Positions 12,791 to 26,519 of a stretch of 64,000 nt of DNA are shown here, piece after piece. Within the stretch, counting starts at the first letter, position 1; each line of letters begins with the position of its first letter. This DNA is from Ancylonema sp. Taxonomy: Eukaryota. Where the stretch lies: positions 1-64,000 of the forward strand of contig JBFLGF010000075.1 in NCBI GenBank assembly GCA_050230475.1. The letters run 5' to 3'. The position numbers were made by a program, and so were the translations under genes. A model generated the notes under the pieces. It did not search any database. It worked only from the letters and a program-made list of their open reading frames with translations, and was not told the origin of the DNA.

Positions 12791-15199
12791 CACAAAACGT
12801 ACCCAATACACAATAAACATTTATTGTTATCCATACAATATTCTTTGAAGTTTTCCCTCAAGATGGATGACATCGTGTCCGGATTGACGTAGGCCCACCC
12901 GCGATTGGCTTTTCGGGTGGAGGCCCCCCACCCAATTGATAACATGCGGGTGGGGCACAACCCTTCTCTGTGAGCCCCACATTTCTTAGGCATTAGCTAC
13001 ACACGTGGACGAGTACAAGCTAACCAACCTTCATTGAAGGACATTGTTAAAACAATATTAAAAAAACAAAAGCATTTGAAACCCTGTTGGAGTTGGCGGA
13101 AGACGCATATGTGACAAGATGATAGCAATGCTGGTCTTAATACAAGGCCGAAAAGAAGCGGGAAATGTATCTTTGGCTATTAATATATATGAAAATATGA
13201 AACAATGGATGACAAATTTTTCTCACCTCCCAGATTCCAAAAGGTAATATAGTGTGCAAACAATCTTTGCAGGAAAGCAAGTATTTCATTGGAGATATGG
13301 GTGCCTTCCTTGAACTTGGCCTTTCATACACTTTTGGATTGAGGTTGCGTGTCGCGAGTATGAATTTCGGATTTTCAAACCTCTTTAAATAAATAGATAT
13401 TATTAGGGTGGTGGCCCTCATATTGATAGTTCAATTTATGATAAGGCGTAATATGATGGTCGTATTGTTGTACCAAATCGTCATATTACATAAGCATGTA
13501 ATAATGCGATTTGTGCATCATCGTAAGTGTCGTGCCATCTAGCATCGTGCCACACTTGCACTTGCCATCCTAGTGTTATAATGAACTTTTTCGTTGAATG
13601 AACTTCACACATGCGAAATACTTGATTCAAGTTTGTACACAAATGTGTTGGATAACCTAGTCGAGATTCGCCACATACTCATGCGCGATAACAGTCGCCT
13701 AATGTACACACTTGACTTGTCTATGATGCATAACAAACAATATTTTATAGTCTACCTAAAGGTAATGCAATGCTCTGGTCTGAGCGTAGAGTGCTCGAAG
13801 CTTGAATGTATGTGGGTAGTGTAAGGTAATATCGATCGATACTCGAATGCACAAGTTTCACTTCAATTCATGGATAATTCACAAAAGCGTAAATTGCCAG
13901 CCGAAATCGCATTCAGATTGCACAAAAAATCCAGGGTGAATTTTTCAGGAGTTCCCGAGGTGTATACAGATCAGACCAGATCAGATCAGATATATGCACA
14001 AAGGATGCTGTTTTGTATGGTTGCTTGCTGCCTAGCTGTCTACGATCGTTTTGTGGCGCATGAAATCTAGCCTGTCGTCAAACATACTTGATACTCGCTT
14101 CCTAGCCAAGTATTCTCTAAATGACGGCACCCAAATCACTAAGATACAATGAAAGGCTGACACGCATCATCTTCTGTAGTCCTGCCGTCTAGTTGCACTG
14201 CCGACTTAAGCTTTCTATGGCGTAGAATTCTCGATACAACAATGCAGCACCCTAAGACTTGTCGTGACTAAATGTCAACTCATCTTGACAACAACACTAC
14301 CTCTAGCCGAAGTTGTAGTACTCCATCAATTGTATCAGAGACGTATGTGGACCTACAGCTCCTTGCCAACATGCTGCTGGGAGTGTGACCCCGGGAATGT
14401 TGCCACAAGTGGCGGAGCATTTATGATGTGCGTCAATAATTAAGGTCTTCAATTGACAAGCGAAACGTGATTGATAAATGCGTCTTGCCGGACACGTGCC
14501 AAATTGTAATGACACCAAAAATACCCACGCATGAGCCAAACACGGCTCATGGACGTAATCATTTCACCATATAGGCACATTCACCCATTCCCTCATAAGT
14601 CACCATATAGACGACCGATCGTATATTGTCCGACATAAGCTTACATGTGTACATGCAAAACGTGTGTAATTCGTTTTTTATTTATTTATTTATTTATAAG
14701 GTACGGTACAAATAGATACGGTAGAGGGTAAATGTGGTACAGAAATATGGTAGAAGATGGCCACGGATTTTTGAAGAGGGTTTTCGGTTTTTTGGTCGCG
14801 TCACCTGTCACATTGCCACAATATCGTGTTGCCACATACTTTGGCATGATGTGGCACAATGTGGCCCACATTTATATGTCTATGTTTGACCGTCCGGACG
14901 TAGGTACAGAGACTTCATTGCCGTTCAATTGATCATTCCTTATACCAACCATGCTCCCTCACCAAATGGGTTAAACGTGACGCACGTTTTGTAATGTAAT
15001 GCAAATCCCGAACATCAATTTTTTTCCATGTCGAATGCTCGAAATTGCGGAATTAGTGATTTAAAGTTTCGAGCTTAAGTCTACTAAGCCTACGGCCTCC
15101 TTGGATATAGGATTCGCTTGCCCATCCAAAACTGCACTTCCCTGCTATGGTTGCGCCCCACCCACATGAAACGAATTGAGCCCGGGGGGCCGAGTAGTG

Positions 15200-16800
15200 G
15201 GGGGGGGTCCACCCGCGGGTAGGAAGTGTCAATTGCAGCTAGGGAAGGGCCCACCCGTGGGTGGGCGGGTGGGATTCGGGTGGCTAAGCTGCACAAAATG
15301 GTCGTCTCGCATCAATAGTCAACCCATTTTCGTTAGAAGCACACCTCTGGGACATGATTTTTTTTTGGTCCATGACGTGTGTGTGTCAGGGTATAGGGTA
15401 ACATATACGCAATATAGAAAACAAAAGGGAAATTTTATCCACACGCCGCCGTCGGTTAACTGCACGCCAATTGCAGTAACTTATCGTTTGTTGCTAGCAC
15501 TCGATCGATAAATTGTTGTCGGACGCCAAACACGTCACCCTCCTCATCGTTAATGTTAGAATCCGGTTATCCGGTTGTAATCTGAATATGCTTTAATTCC
15601 AGCCGTGTTCGGGATGGTGAATGTGATGGGAAGTTGATTTGTCATTTAGTTGTATTTGCATAAGTTGAGTTCGCGCGCGTGCGCGCCTGTCATATTTCCA
15701 CTTGAATCATGTGTACGAAATATGCATAGTGTCGGCTGATATGAACGCATTGGTACCGTAGGTTGACTAACGGTTTTTAGTGTTCGTCAAGCATCCGGCA
15801 TTCCTCGAGCATACAGGCAAAACATTGTTGTCATAATTAATTCTCTTGCATATTTGGCTTAAGGCTGTGCGTGTCCGTCTCTGTTATGGCGCTAAAAGGA
15901 AAAAAGCGACATAGCTTAATGAATGGGCACAAAAATACACATAGAGACTTAAATGGGAATAGAATAACTACATGTGAAATAAGTACAAGAGTTGTCAGGA
16001 GCGAATGGAATGGAGCTCCTAACGAGTATATATAGTAAAGTAGAAGGAACACTCATGATGGGATAACTAGAACACACACACTAGAAGCACAACTGTAATC
16101 TAGTCTAGAAGCACACTAGTGCGGGTTAGGCACACTTACTATAGGAGCACTAGTGACTAGAGGGAGTGGTCCTAACAGTCTCATCATCGTATGAGATGCG
16201 TGTAGTCAAATGCAGAGATTTGTCTTAAGCATTCTACTTGCAATGGATGCTTGTTTCATGATTACGCAAGTGCGCTCCGAACTTGTGTGACTATGAAAAA
16301 TCCTGATTATTGCTCCGGACCAGTATGGCGGACGCTACAGGTAACAGTTAACGGCACCCTCTTGTTTTGGTGAGTTTCTCGTGACGCCTGCCATCCGATG
16401 CTCGTGTTTTTTATATGGATCCTAGTGGATCCTACGAGAGCACGTTAAGACATGCTGCTCTGGGCATTTTTCGCTTTTTCACAAAACACAACTCGACGTC
16501 AAACATACTGTGGGCTGGATGACTTCGCATGTTGGAAGGAACGGTGTATGGCTGGAATTGGCGTGCAGCTTACCAACGGTGGCATGCGTATGACATTTCC
16601 CAAAACGAAATCCCGATTCCCGAAGGTGTGCTGATGACGAATAGTTGTTTTACTTCCAAAGCGCGATTACCCAATTCTGTTATGTATAAAATAATACCCA
16701 GCCGAATCCCATCCGCTCAACCGCAGGCAACCCCAGCTGCGCCTGGACCCCTCCCCAATTTGGATTTCACGTCAGAGAGCGGTTGCGGCTGGCCGTCTCC
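15200..16800. repeat. Degenerate inverted-repeat (foldback) structure upstream of the GNAT gene
   Basis: CACGCCGCCGTCGGTTAACTGCACGCCAATTGCAG (~15441) is the near reverse complement of CTGGAATTGGCGTGCAGCTTACCAACGGTGGCATG (~16552). The same structure occurs in copy 2 (~24240-24950). Boundaries are approximate. Confidence 0.55.
15554..16346. mobile_element. Solo LTR, 793 bp, present only in duplication copy 1
   Basis: TGTTAGA ... GGTAACA, flanked by the 5-bp TSD GTTAA (15549-15553, 16347-16351). Absent at the equivalent site of copy 2 (~24575). Confidence 0.85.
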
Positions 16801-17182
16801 AGATGGGCGACCGGACGGGTGGGCGGGGGGGCGGATTGCCTAACCCGATTCCCTGCACGCTGCTTTACTGGAATTTTGTCAGGCATATGGAGTATACTGC
16901 ATGCATTGCCAGTAGTCGTGGACCAGAAGTCAGGGACCGGCAGAAATGAAAACAATATAAATATTCCGGGTCTCCATCGCAGGTCACCAACTTCTGTAGC
17001 AAAATTCCATATGAAATGCGTTCGGTGATAATTTTGGAACTATCTTGGGGCCGCGACACCCGGATTCCATCTTAAGGCGCTCTCCTTCTTGTTTCCTGCC
17101 AGATTATATCCCATGACGATGGTGCGGGGATTCCTTGGCACCATTGTGTGATTCAGAGGGGTGGAGCATCAGTGTGGGATCA

Positions 17183-18333
17183 ATGGAACTCCAAGCAATT
17201 CCTGCCTCACATGACGACTATGCCGAATATCTGATGTTTTTCAAAGAGCTAAATCTTGCCTGGCCAGCTCTTCCGTGCGACAGGTGGTGTGAAAACCTCG
17301 CTTTCACGTTCTTCATCTGCAAGGGTTCAAAACGGGTGGGATATGCAATGTACGAGGTCTACAGTGCTACAGGCTTTATACGTCATTTGGCAGTACATCC
17401 AGGTAAGATCACCAAGATCGGGAGCATATGTAGCCATTATCGGTGGCCGCCTGGCTCATTTTTTTGCATTTGCTTGATATCATGTTCAAAAGGAGGGACT
17501 GGATTCCAATTCGTCTAGAGTGCATGCAATACCCTGGGTAGCGGTTCCGTTCACAATGTAGAGCTTCCGATGCTATTTCTACGTTTTAAAATCGATGCAC
17601 CCGTACCTCGTGCTAGGCTCTTAACTATCACTATCTGAAGCATCAAACATCTGTTTACGCAGATCATCGGCGACAAGGTGTGGGTAAAGCACTTCTGGCT
17701 TCAATTGCCAGCCAGCTCAGCTCGTATGGCTGCACAGAGTGGAGGTTAAATGTATTCCAAGACAACCAGGCTGCACTAGCGTTGTACATGTCCAGAGGAC
17801 TCTTTATAGACCACTCTGCCATTACCTACCAGCTATCTTGGGCTGACATTCGGCAAGTGCTAGATCCCATGGTTGAGCTTGACGTGCATTGTGGGCCCCT
17901 AAACTCAAAGGATGACAAGAATATTGAAGCCGAATACAAACTTTTGTCTGGCCAATTGCAGCGGTTGAGATCGAGTCAAGGCTCATTTGTGTTCACAGCA
18001 GGGGAGTATGGACCAAACAATGATATCGATGGGGAATTCAAGATGTGTGCCCCACTTTGCGGTGCCGATTTAAATCATACAAGTTTTAGGGGAAAGGGAT
18101 TGTTGTGTTTTTATAAGAACCAATGCAATCCGTTTTTCGCTGGGAGTACTCTTATAGCTATGAGTCTCTTAAGTCTTCTTAAGAGAAGCGTAGGAGTCAA
18201 TCAGCAAAGTGAGGGATTCCACATCAGAATTTTAGGGGATTGCGACTTGCATGCTTACGTAGTTGGCCTTGGTGGTAAAATTGAAGATAAGATTTATCAG
18301 TTGAAAGGTACTTTGCCACCCGTGGAGAACTAG
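17183..18333 (+). CDS. GNAT-family N-acetyltransferase, 2 exons, 296 aa (copy 1)
   Basis: Exons 17183-17402 and 17663-18333 (phase-1 GT-AG intron). The spliced acetyl-CoA motif A reads FIRHLAVHP-DHRRQGVGKALL, followed by LNVFQDNQAALALY. Confidence 0.85.
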
Positions 18334-20690
18334 TTATCGGGGACTTTGTCATTGTAAAAGTGAATCATTCGAAATCTAATCGCACTTGACCAAGTTGGCG
18401 AGGATGGTTTAGCAACTACCCTGGCAAAAAGAATGTCTCAAAGACCTCAACCTCGATTGGCTTTTACAAGAGAAGAATCGGGGGTGTCACTCTTACTGCT
18501 ATAGTATAGTATAGTATACATGTAGTATATATATAAATATGTATAGAGTTTAAAAAAATAGTTAGATGGTATATTTAGTATGGTGACCCCTAGTCTAACA
18601 ATCAAATTAGAGGGGCAATTTATTTACTTCTTAGTGGCCAATTGTGTGGCTCTCAGTATGCACACTACAAAGGCAACGATGGGGAGGCTTTGGTGATTTT
18701 TTTGATGCATCATCCCACGCTGTGTCAAATTACCTTATCGCAACAATAATTCGCAGGTATCCCACACACTTCTTATGGGATTGTTGTTGCATGATGATCG
18801 TCTTGACGCCAATATTTGATGAAAGAGGTTTGAGCTTCGAAGAGGAGACGAACATCGAAGTAGCGAACCAGACAACTCTTGATGGAGATTTTCATGGGTA
18901 ATGCTTGTGGAAACTAATGTTAAAGACACGATCGACACTTTATATGACGTTGATTAAAATAATGTATAATCACTGCACATTGTTCTCTCACATCGTGTCA
19001 AATACATGGTGCAAAACAAAGTTATCGAACAAGATCACGAAACGGGTCGCCGTAAACGACAACGTCGGGTACGTTGTCAAGATTGCAAGTTAGCATGTCA
19101 CAAGGCCATTTTTTCGTTTTAGTGTCGGTGAGGTATCGGGTCAAGATAAAATATTAGAATATGATTCTTTTTTGTAAAGGAAGTTGGTCACGTCCATAGT
19201 TGCACGACACGTCCCCCTACCCACTCCGATAAGTGTGTCTCTAACGGAAACGTTCCGACACTCACAAGTGTCAATAGGTATAACGTTTGTGTAAAAAGCA
19301 AAAATAAAAATAAACTTGCTCTTTCGTCGAAAAGTAGTTTCCGTATTGTACGATCTGACATCCGTACAGTATTCCGTACTACGTGCCGTGAAACCGACGC
19401 GCTTGGGACATACGAATGGTCGTGTGTCTCCAACGGACGACACGCTACACGTCATCGCGTGTCGTGCAACTATGGCCACATCCACACAATTCTCCAAAAG
19501 CGTCCAGCAAGTAATACTCTTCACGGTATACATATAAACAATAAATATCCGACCTTCATCCGCAATGTCAAATACACTCGCGGTTAGACATAGCCATGGG
19601 CATGCTGCATATTCCGCATCAATCTAATGAATAAAAAATGCCGCAAAAATGCCGCGACTATGGTCATTTGGATTTCAAGTTGGAAGTTCACATGAAAACC
19701 CTGAAAGCTAAGGATTTTCATGAGCTTCATGGTAAAATTGTTCACAATAATTCACGATATAATTAAATCAAAACAAGGATAAGCCGGGTCCAAGTTGAGA
19801 TCTCAAGTTGGGCAGTTTCCGTGTTTTTTTTTGCATCGTAGGGTTTCGTTCATCGTTTCGTCGTTTACGAGTTTGGCATGGAATTCCCGGGATGTCGTAT
19901 TGGCACGAGACGTCTCGGATACGGGTACGCGTCTCGTGCAACACTCGACACTCTTCACTCTGTGGCGGGATGGGGTCCCAGTCGTTTGGGGATGGAACCC
20001 CATGATTTTACCATACCCTCTAGGCTCCGTGAATATGGCAGATGTGTTCCTAAAGCACATAGACAGCGAAAAGCATTGATAGCAAATCAGCGACGCATTC
20101 TACAGCATTTCATCTCCACAATTTATTAGCATATGATCATTCTTTTCGACTGATTTCCAGGGTATGTCAACTGGCCATACGCTTGATGACAGGCCCTTCA
20201 GAGTTATCGCAAAAGAATTGACGAATTTACTCCAATAGTAGCCTCCATCGAGCTTCACAACTTGGCTCTCAGTTTGAAAAGGACATGTGAAGTGACGTTT
20301 TAGGCGGTGCTAAATTTTTTATAGCCTGTTGCTGAATCTCTTCAACCATATAGCCACAACGGTAGGTATGATATATTTTTTGACGTTTGGGTAGTTTTCG
20401 TGCATGTCAGTATGACTTTCTACACGTTGTACGGGGAAAATGTTTTCGTTTCAGAATAAGAAATTTGGCTATGGTGAAACGAACTGCCGCTTGTGTAAGC
20501 ACAGATATTATGCTCGATATTCGGCATCAAAATCTGACCAGACATCTGTGTGTTGATGTAGTCGACCTGACGTGCCACCGTAGTTGGCAGCAAGTCTTGA
20601 ATCTGGTGCTCGAACGCAACTTCAGAAGCACATGGATCAGGAAATAGTATGACCAATAGTTGTCAGATTCAATTTTTTTCTTCTTCAGGT

Positions 20691-21829
20691 ATGTCTGGAG
20701 AAGCTGAGCGAAATGCCGAAGATGGAGAGCACACATGCGCTGTGTGCCTTGAAGCTATGTTGCCACCTGTCCTGCCACCAACTGCACCGGAGCAAGCGCC
20801 TCTCCTAGACTCGCCTGTGATGGAGAGTGCGACTCTTAGGTAGGCTACAGGCATTCTGAGATATTGCAGATTCTATCTGCGACATTTTTTTTTTTTACAA
20901 CCACCACTGTGCAGAGTCCTATTTAAAAACCAAAAATCAACCCGTGTTGTGTTCCACTGCTTGCCACACAATTCTGCCACATTCTGTCTTCCCGTTCTGC
21001 CCAACTCCTGACATTTCTCATATATTTCACCCCCTGCACCATCTCAGATACCATCATGAGAGTGATGTCACCCTTCCTCGTTACGTAGCCATGTGCGATA
21101 ATCAGAAAGTTCATGTGCATATGTGCAGCAGTAGTTTTGTCTGCTAGGCCAGTGAATCACATCGATTTGCCAAAAAAAACGAAGTCATGACAATCTCTGA
21201 ATATACAATTTTCTGACTCACCTGTCCAACTCTTAACACGGCATTTCAAGTAAAACGGCATGTCATCTAATCCTGTCAGGTTCTCATGCTCATCTGAGAG
21301 GTTCTGCACTTTCGAGCTTCTCATCATCCTCATCTTTCATTCATTCACAGTCTGCTCCCGCCGGTCTCAGGTGCAACTTTGTGCTGCCCTTCTCTTTCCA
21401 TTCAGGTGCGGTCACCAGCTGCATCTTAGCTGTCTGCTCAAGTACCTTCTTCCCCACCCTTCCGGCACGATTGCCACATACAGCCACCGATGCCCTGTCT
21501 GCCGGTGTCACATAGGGGACAAGGTGACAAGTGTCACGTCACAATTGGACCCCTCTCTCTTTCGGCCGGAGGTGTCAGGTATAGAGCAACACGAGATGGA
21601 AATGGGGTTCAGGATCGTTGTCCTCCAAGCGTTGTTAAGAGTGAAGGAGAGAGAGCTTGTAAGAGTAGCAGAGGCTGCAAGGTCCTTGGGGGAGGCAACA
21701 GCCAATCTTGGCAGAAGATTGGGGAGGTTAGAGATGCAGACAGATAGTGATGGGGGTGGGGGTGGGGCAGCTAAGAGGAAAAGGGATTCGGGTCATGATG
21801 AAAGGGAGGGATCGAAGGGCCACTCGTAA
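20691..21829 (+). CDS. RING-H2 finger protein (putative E3 ligase) with C-terminal coiled coil and KRKR NLS-like motif (copy 1)
   Basis: Exons 20691-20839 and 21406-21829. CAVC...R-CGHQLHLSC...CPVC gives a C3H2C3 pattern. An upstream AG suggests a 5' UTR intron or a further exon. Confidence 0.8.
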
Positions 21830-22274
21830 TCAATTTAGGCTCCAATTTGTGCCCCATGGCACCAAGTCACTGCTATCTTGTCCCTCCTGGGTCGGCTAGG
21901 GGAGAAGATTCTGATTGTGATTGAAGAATGGAGTCAGATCTGATGAGTGTGGCAGAGGAAATGTGTACAAATTGCCAGAGACCATGGACAGCAAGCTTGT
22001 GGAAGCCTATCATAGGGAGAGAGGGTTAATAAAGTATTTGCTGATCACATTCTCATATATTGTGGGACTAGAGGGTGGGTTGTCTCTCGATGTATGAGAG
22101 GCAGGTAGAGTGGTAGCTGAACATTCTTTTGTTATTTATCTATTCACACAAAGAAAGGGCCACAAATATGTGGTGGTATGGAGCCAAAGAGCAAGGAACT
22201 ATGCACATGAACACAGGCAGCTTGAGGCTCTTATTTGGAAATGCTTTGTCAGGTGCTTCGCGGATTTTATTTTG

Positions 22275-22440
22275 TTATGGTGTTACGGTGATATGGTGTT
22301 ATGGTTTTATGGTGTTATGATGTTATGGTGTTTTGGTGTTATGGTGTTATGGTGCTATGGTGTTATGGTGTTATGGTGTTATGGTGTTATGGTGTTATGG
22401 TGTTATGGTGTTATGGTGTTATGGTGTTATGGTGTTATGG
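22275..22440. repeat. (TGTTATGG)n octamer array
   Basis: About 20 tandem units; a shorter counterpart lies at 31428-31510. Confidence 0.9.
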
Positions 22441-23461
22441 GCGGGGGAACAGATCCAGGAGAGTCCTGAATTATATGTTGTACAGAAGTCAGGTTCAGTC
22501 CAGCATGCCTTGCTGCATACCTCCTCTACCCCGTATTTATGTATTGTGCACAGTGGTGTGCATACAATGCCCAAGAGAGCTGTACCCGCGATTTCTGGTG
22601 GCTAGTACAATGCGTAATGTTGGCCGAATTGTGAAGAGCTTGAGCAAACACCTTCTCTAGAAGCCCTACAATGTCAACACTATTGTTGGTCAAGAGCCCC
22701 GAGATAAATAGGATTGATAAAACAGGACTGATGTAACCAATTCGGCAGTTTGGAGAACGGAATGGTCGGGAAGCCATAAGAATCTAGACTTCTTGAAGCT
22801 TGCTTGCCAGATAGGTAAAATGAACATTTTCATGTGAACATCATAAGGCCTATTGTGTGGACACACACACGCACACATGTGTGCCGTATGTGTCATTTCG
22901 ATATGATACAACGCAAGTTGTTTTCATTCACAGCATACAAACACACACACAGTGCAACAGTCCATGCACACGGAGGAATGCTGAGTGAAAATTGATAAAG
23001 GGAAGGGTGGCCTCGTAGCAATGGGGAAGCCCCGGATTGGTGGAAGGGAAAAGCGAAAAAGGAAATTATATTGATACCTTGCACGGATCCAAATCTAGCT
23101 CTGAGCTACCCAAGAGATCAGACGAGGGCGTCGACGGACAAGGGGCTTAAACATCTACAAGTGTTACGTCGAAATGTCGGACCTGATTGGTCCACACATG
23201 TTAAGAGCATGCCTAGATGCCATATAGGGACTCATGCATAGGTGGGGTATATGATTTTCAGGTTCCTCACAACAGAGCGGGGAAATATGCATTGAACAGT
23301 ATACAATGGGTAGAGCTAAGTCCTCAGGCGCAGTTGCTAGAGTATTCTTAAATAGTGTTCTTGTTGAGTGTGTAATGCTAAGTGTGGCGCGTGCCCGTCA
23401 GTGCAGCGTCAATATTGCCGCCCGGGTTCCTAGATTTGCCAGTACTCGATATATCTCGCTN

Positions 23462-23559
23462 ATTGCAACTTATAATGCTCGCTCGCGCCTCGCGCCAACT
23501 TCACCAAAAGACCAAAGTCAACTTATTCAGATTACAAACCGGATAACCGGAATCTAACA
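23462..23559 (-). mobile_element. LTR terminus related to the 15554 solo LTR, next to an N at 23461
   Basis: ATTCAGATTACAAACCGGATAACCGGAATCTAACA is a near-exact reverse complement of the start of the 15554 LTR. Confidence 0.6.
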
Positions 23560-25369
23560 CATGTTGTACTCAGACCTTAACAAGTATTTGAAGTCCTCGG
23601 GAACCGCTGAAGAAATCTTGACTCAACTTATTGTGTATCGAGTATTCCGAAGTGTTTTGGCTGACTTTGACCAATATTTACCGTATCTGCATTGAGTGCG
23701 TATTCGCATTTTCAATCCATAGTAGTGCTTCGAACACGTTACGTTCAGTCTGACCGGCATTGTCTTGCCCTAGGAAACTGTAAAATAATATTTGCCATGT
23801 TGTATATGCATATGAGATGCTTGCAAGTGATGTATGTTGGTGCGCACGTGTGTGTGTCGGACCTTGGTTAGGTCACGACGCTATGTGATGAAATCCATGA
23901 TAACGAATTCACGTTTAATTCGCACGTGTGAATGAATAGAACGACAAAGCGCGTTATAAATCCTTAATCGCACGTGAGAACATTACACGATGGTATAATG
24001 CACGACAAGTGGCTTAAACGTGACGTACGTTTTGTGACGTGGCGCAAATCCCAAACATGAAATTGTTTCCATGTCGATTGCTCAAAAATTCAGAATTAGC
24101 GACTAAAGTTTCGAGCTAAAGTCTACTTAGCCTATGACCTCCTTAGATGTGGGATTCGCTTGCCCATTCGATAATGCACTTCCTTGCTAGGGTTGCGGCC
24201 CAACCGCATGAAACGAATTGAGCTCGGGGGGTTGAGTGATGGGGGGGGTCCATCCGCGGGTGGGAGGTGTCAATTGCAGCTGGAGAAGGGCCTACCCGTG
24301 GGTGGGCGGATAGGAATCGGGTGGCTAAGGTGCAAAAAATGATCGTTTCGCATCAGTACTCAACAAAATATCGTTATAAGCACACCTTTGGGACACGGAT
24401 TGTTTTGGTCCATAACGTATGTGTTAGGGTATAGGGTAACATATACGCAATAGAGAAAACAACAGGGAAACATTATCCACACGCTACCCTTGATTAATTG
24501 CACGCCAATTGATGTTACATATTGTTTGTTGTCGGCACTCTATCGGTAAAATGTTGACGAAAGCCAACACGTCACCCTCTTGTTTTGATGGGTTTCTTGT
24601 GACGCCTGCCATCCAATACTCGTGGATCCTAGTGGATCCTACGAGATCACGTTAAGACATGTTGCTCAAGGAATTTACCGCTCTATCACAAAACACAGCA
24701 TGTCGTCAAATAGAATGTGGGCTAGATGACTTTGCGTGTTGCAACGAATGGTATATGGCTGGAATTGGCGTGCAGTTGACCAACGGTGGCATGCTCATAA
24801 CATTTCCCAAATCAAAAACCCGATTCCCTAAGGTGTGCTGATGACAAATAGTTGTTTTGCTTCCAAAGCGCGAATATCCATTTCTGTACCGAATCCCATC
24901 CACGCAGGCTTTCCCAGCTGCGCCTGGGCTCCCCCCCGATTTGAATTTCACGTCAGAGAGCGGTAGCGGCTGGCCATCTCCAGATGGGCGGGTGGGCGGG
25001 CGGGCGGATTGCCCTAATTCTATTCCCGGCACACTGCCAATGCCAATGGCTCTACTGGAAATTTGTCAGGCATATGGAGTATGCTGCATGCATTGCCAGT
25101 AGCCGTAGACCAGATGTTAGAGACCGGCAGAAATGAAAATAACATGAATGTTCCATGTCTCTCTCGTAGTTCACCCAAATCTGTAGCAAAAATTCATATG
25201 AGATGCGTTCGGTGATAATTTTGGAACAATCTTGGGGCCGCGACACCCGGTTATTATCTTAAGGCGCTCTCCTTCTTGTTTCCTGCCAGATCATATCCCA
25301 TGACGACTGTGTGGGGATTCCTTGGCACCATTATGTGATTCAGAGGGGTGGAGCATCAGTGTGGGATCA

Positions 25370-26519
25370 ATGGAAGTCCAAGCAATTCCTGCCTCACACG
25401 ACGACTATGCCGAATATCTGATGTTTTTCAAAGAGCTAAATCTTGCCTGGCCAGCTCTTCCGTGCGACAGGTGGTGTGAAAACCTCGCTTTCACGTTCTT
25501 CATCTGCAAGGGTTCAAAACGGGTGGGATATGCAATGTACGAGGTCTACAGTGCTACAGGCTTTATACGTCATTTGGCAGTACATCCAGGTAAGATCACC
25601 AAGATCGGGAGCATATGTAGCCATTATCGGTGGCCGCCTGGCTCATCTTTGGCATTTTCTTTAAATCCTGTTCAAGAGGAGGGACTGGATTCTAATTCGT
25701 CTGGAGTGCATGTAATACCCCGGGTAGCGGTTCCGTTCACAATGCAGAGCTTCCGTTGCTATTTCTACGTTTTGCAACCGAGGCACCCATACCTCGTGCT
25801 AGGCTCTTAACCGTCAATACCTGAAGCATCAAACATCTGTTTATGTAGATCATCGGCGACAAGGTGTGGGTAAAGCACTTCTGACTTCAATTGCCAGCCA
25901 GCTCAGCTCGCATGGCTGCACAGAGTGGAGATTGAATGTTTTCCAAGACAACCAGGCTGCACTAGCGTTGTATATGTCCAGAGGACTCTTCATAGACCAC
26001 TCTGCCATTACCTACCAGCTGTCATGGGCTGACATTCGGCATCCGCTGGATCCTATGGTTGAGCTTGACGTGCATTGTGGGCCCCTAAACTCCGAGGATA
26101 ACAATAATATTGAAGCCGAATACAAACTTTTGGCCGGCCAATTGCGGCGGTTGAGATCGAGTAAAGGCTCATTTGTGTTCACAGCAGAAAAGTATGGACC
26201 AAACAATGATATCGATGGGGAATTCAAGATGTCTGCCCCACTTTGCGGTGCCGATTTAAATCAAATAAGTTTTAGGGGAAAGGGATTGTTGTGTTTTTAT
26301 AAGAACCAATGCAATCCATTTTTCGCTGGAAGTACTCTTATAGCTACGAGTCTCTTAAGTCTTCTCAAGAGAAGCGTAGGAGTCAATCAACAAAGTGAGG
26401 GATTCCACATCAGAATTTTGGGGGATTGCGACTTGCATGCTTATATAGTTGGCCTCGGTGGTAGAATTGAAGATAAGATTTATCAGTTGAAAGGTTCTTT
26501 GCCACCCATGGAGAACTAG
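25370..26519 (+). CDS. GNAT-family N-acetyltransferase, 2 exons, 296 aa (copy 2)
   Basis: Exons 25370-25589 and 25849-26519; 21 amino-acid differences from copy 1 by manual count. Confidence 0.85.

Larger units (their letters stand above)
14971..23361 (+). repeat. Tandem segmental duplication, copy 1 (GNAT + RING-H2 + start of gypsy integrase remnant)
   Basis: Collinear with 24014-32168 from TTAAACGTGACG to AGTGTTCT; differs by indels including a solo LTR. Confidence 0.9.

Noticed and set aside
22110..22660. ORFs with VMVLWCYG repeats (and similar ORFs at 30264-30912, 38278-38534, 46499-46925, 63418-63896)
   Set aside because: Translations of 7-8-bp microsatellites, not genes.
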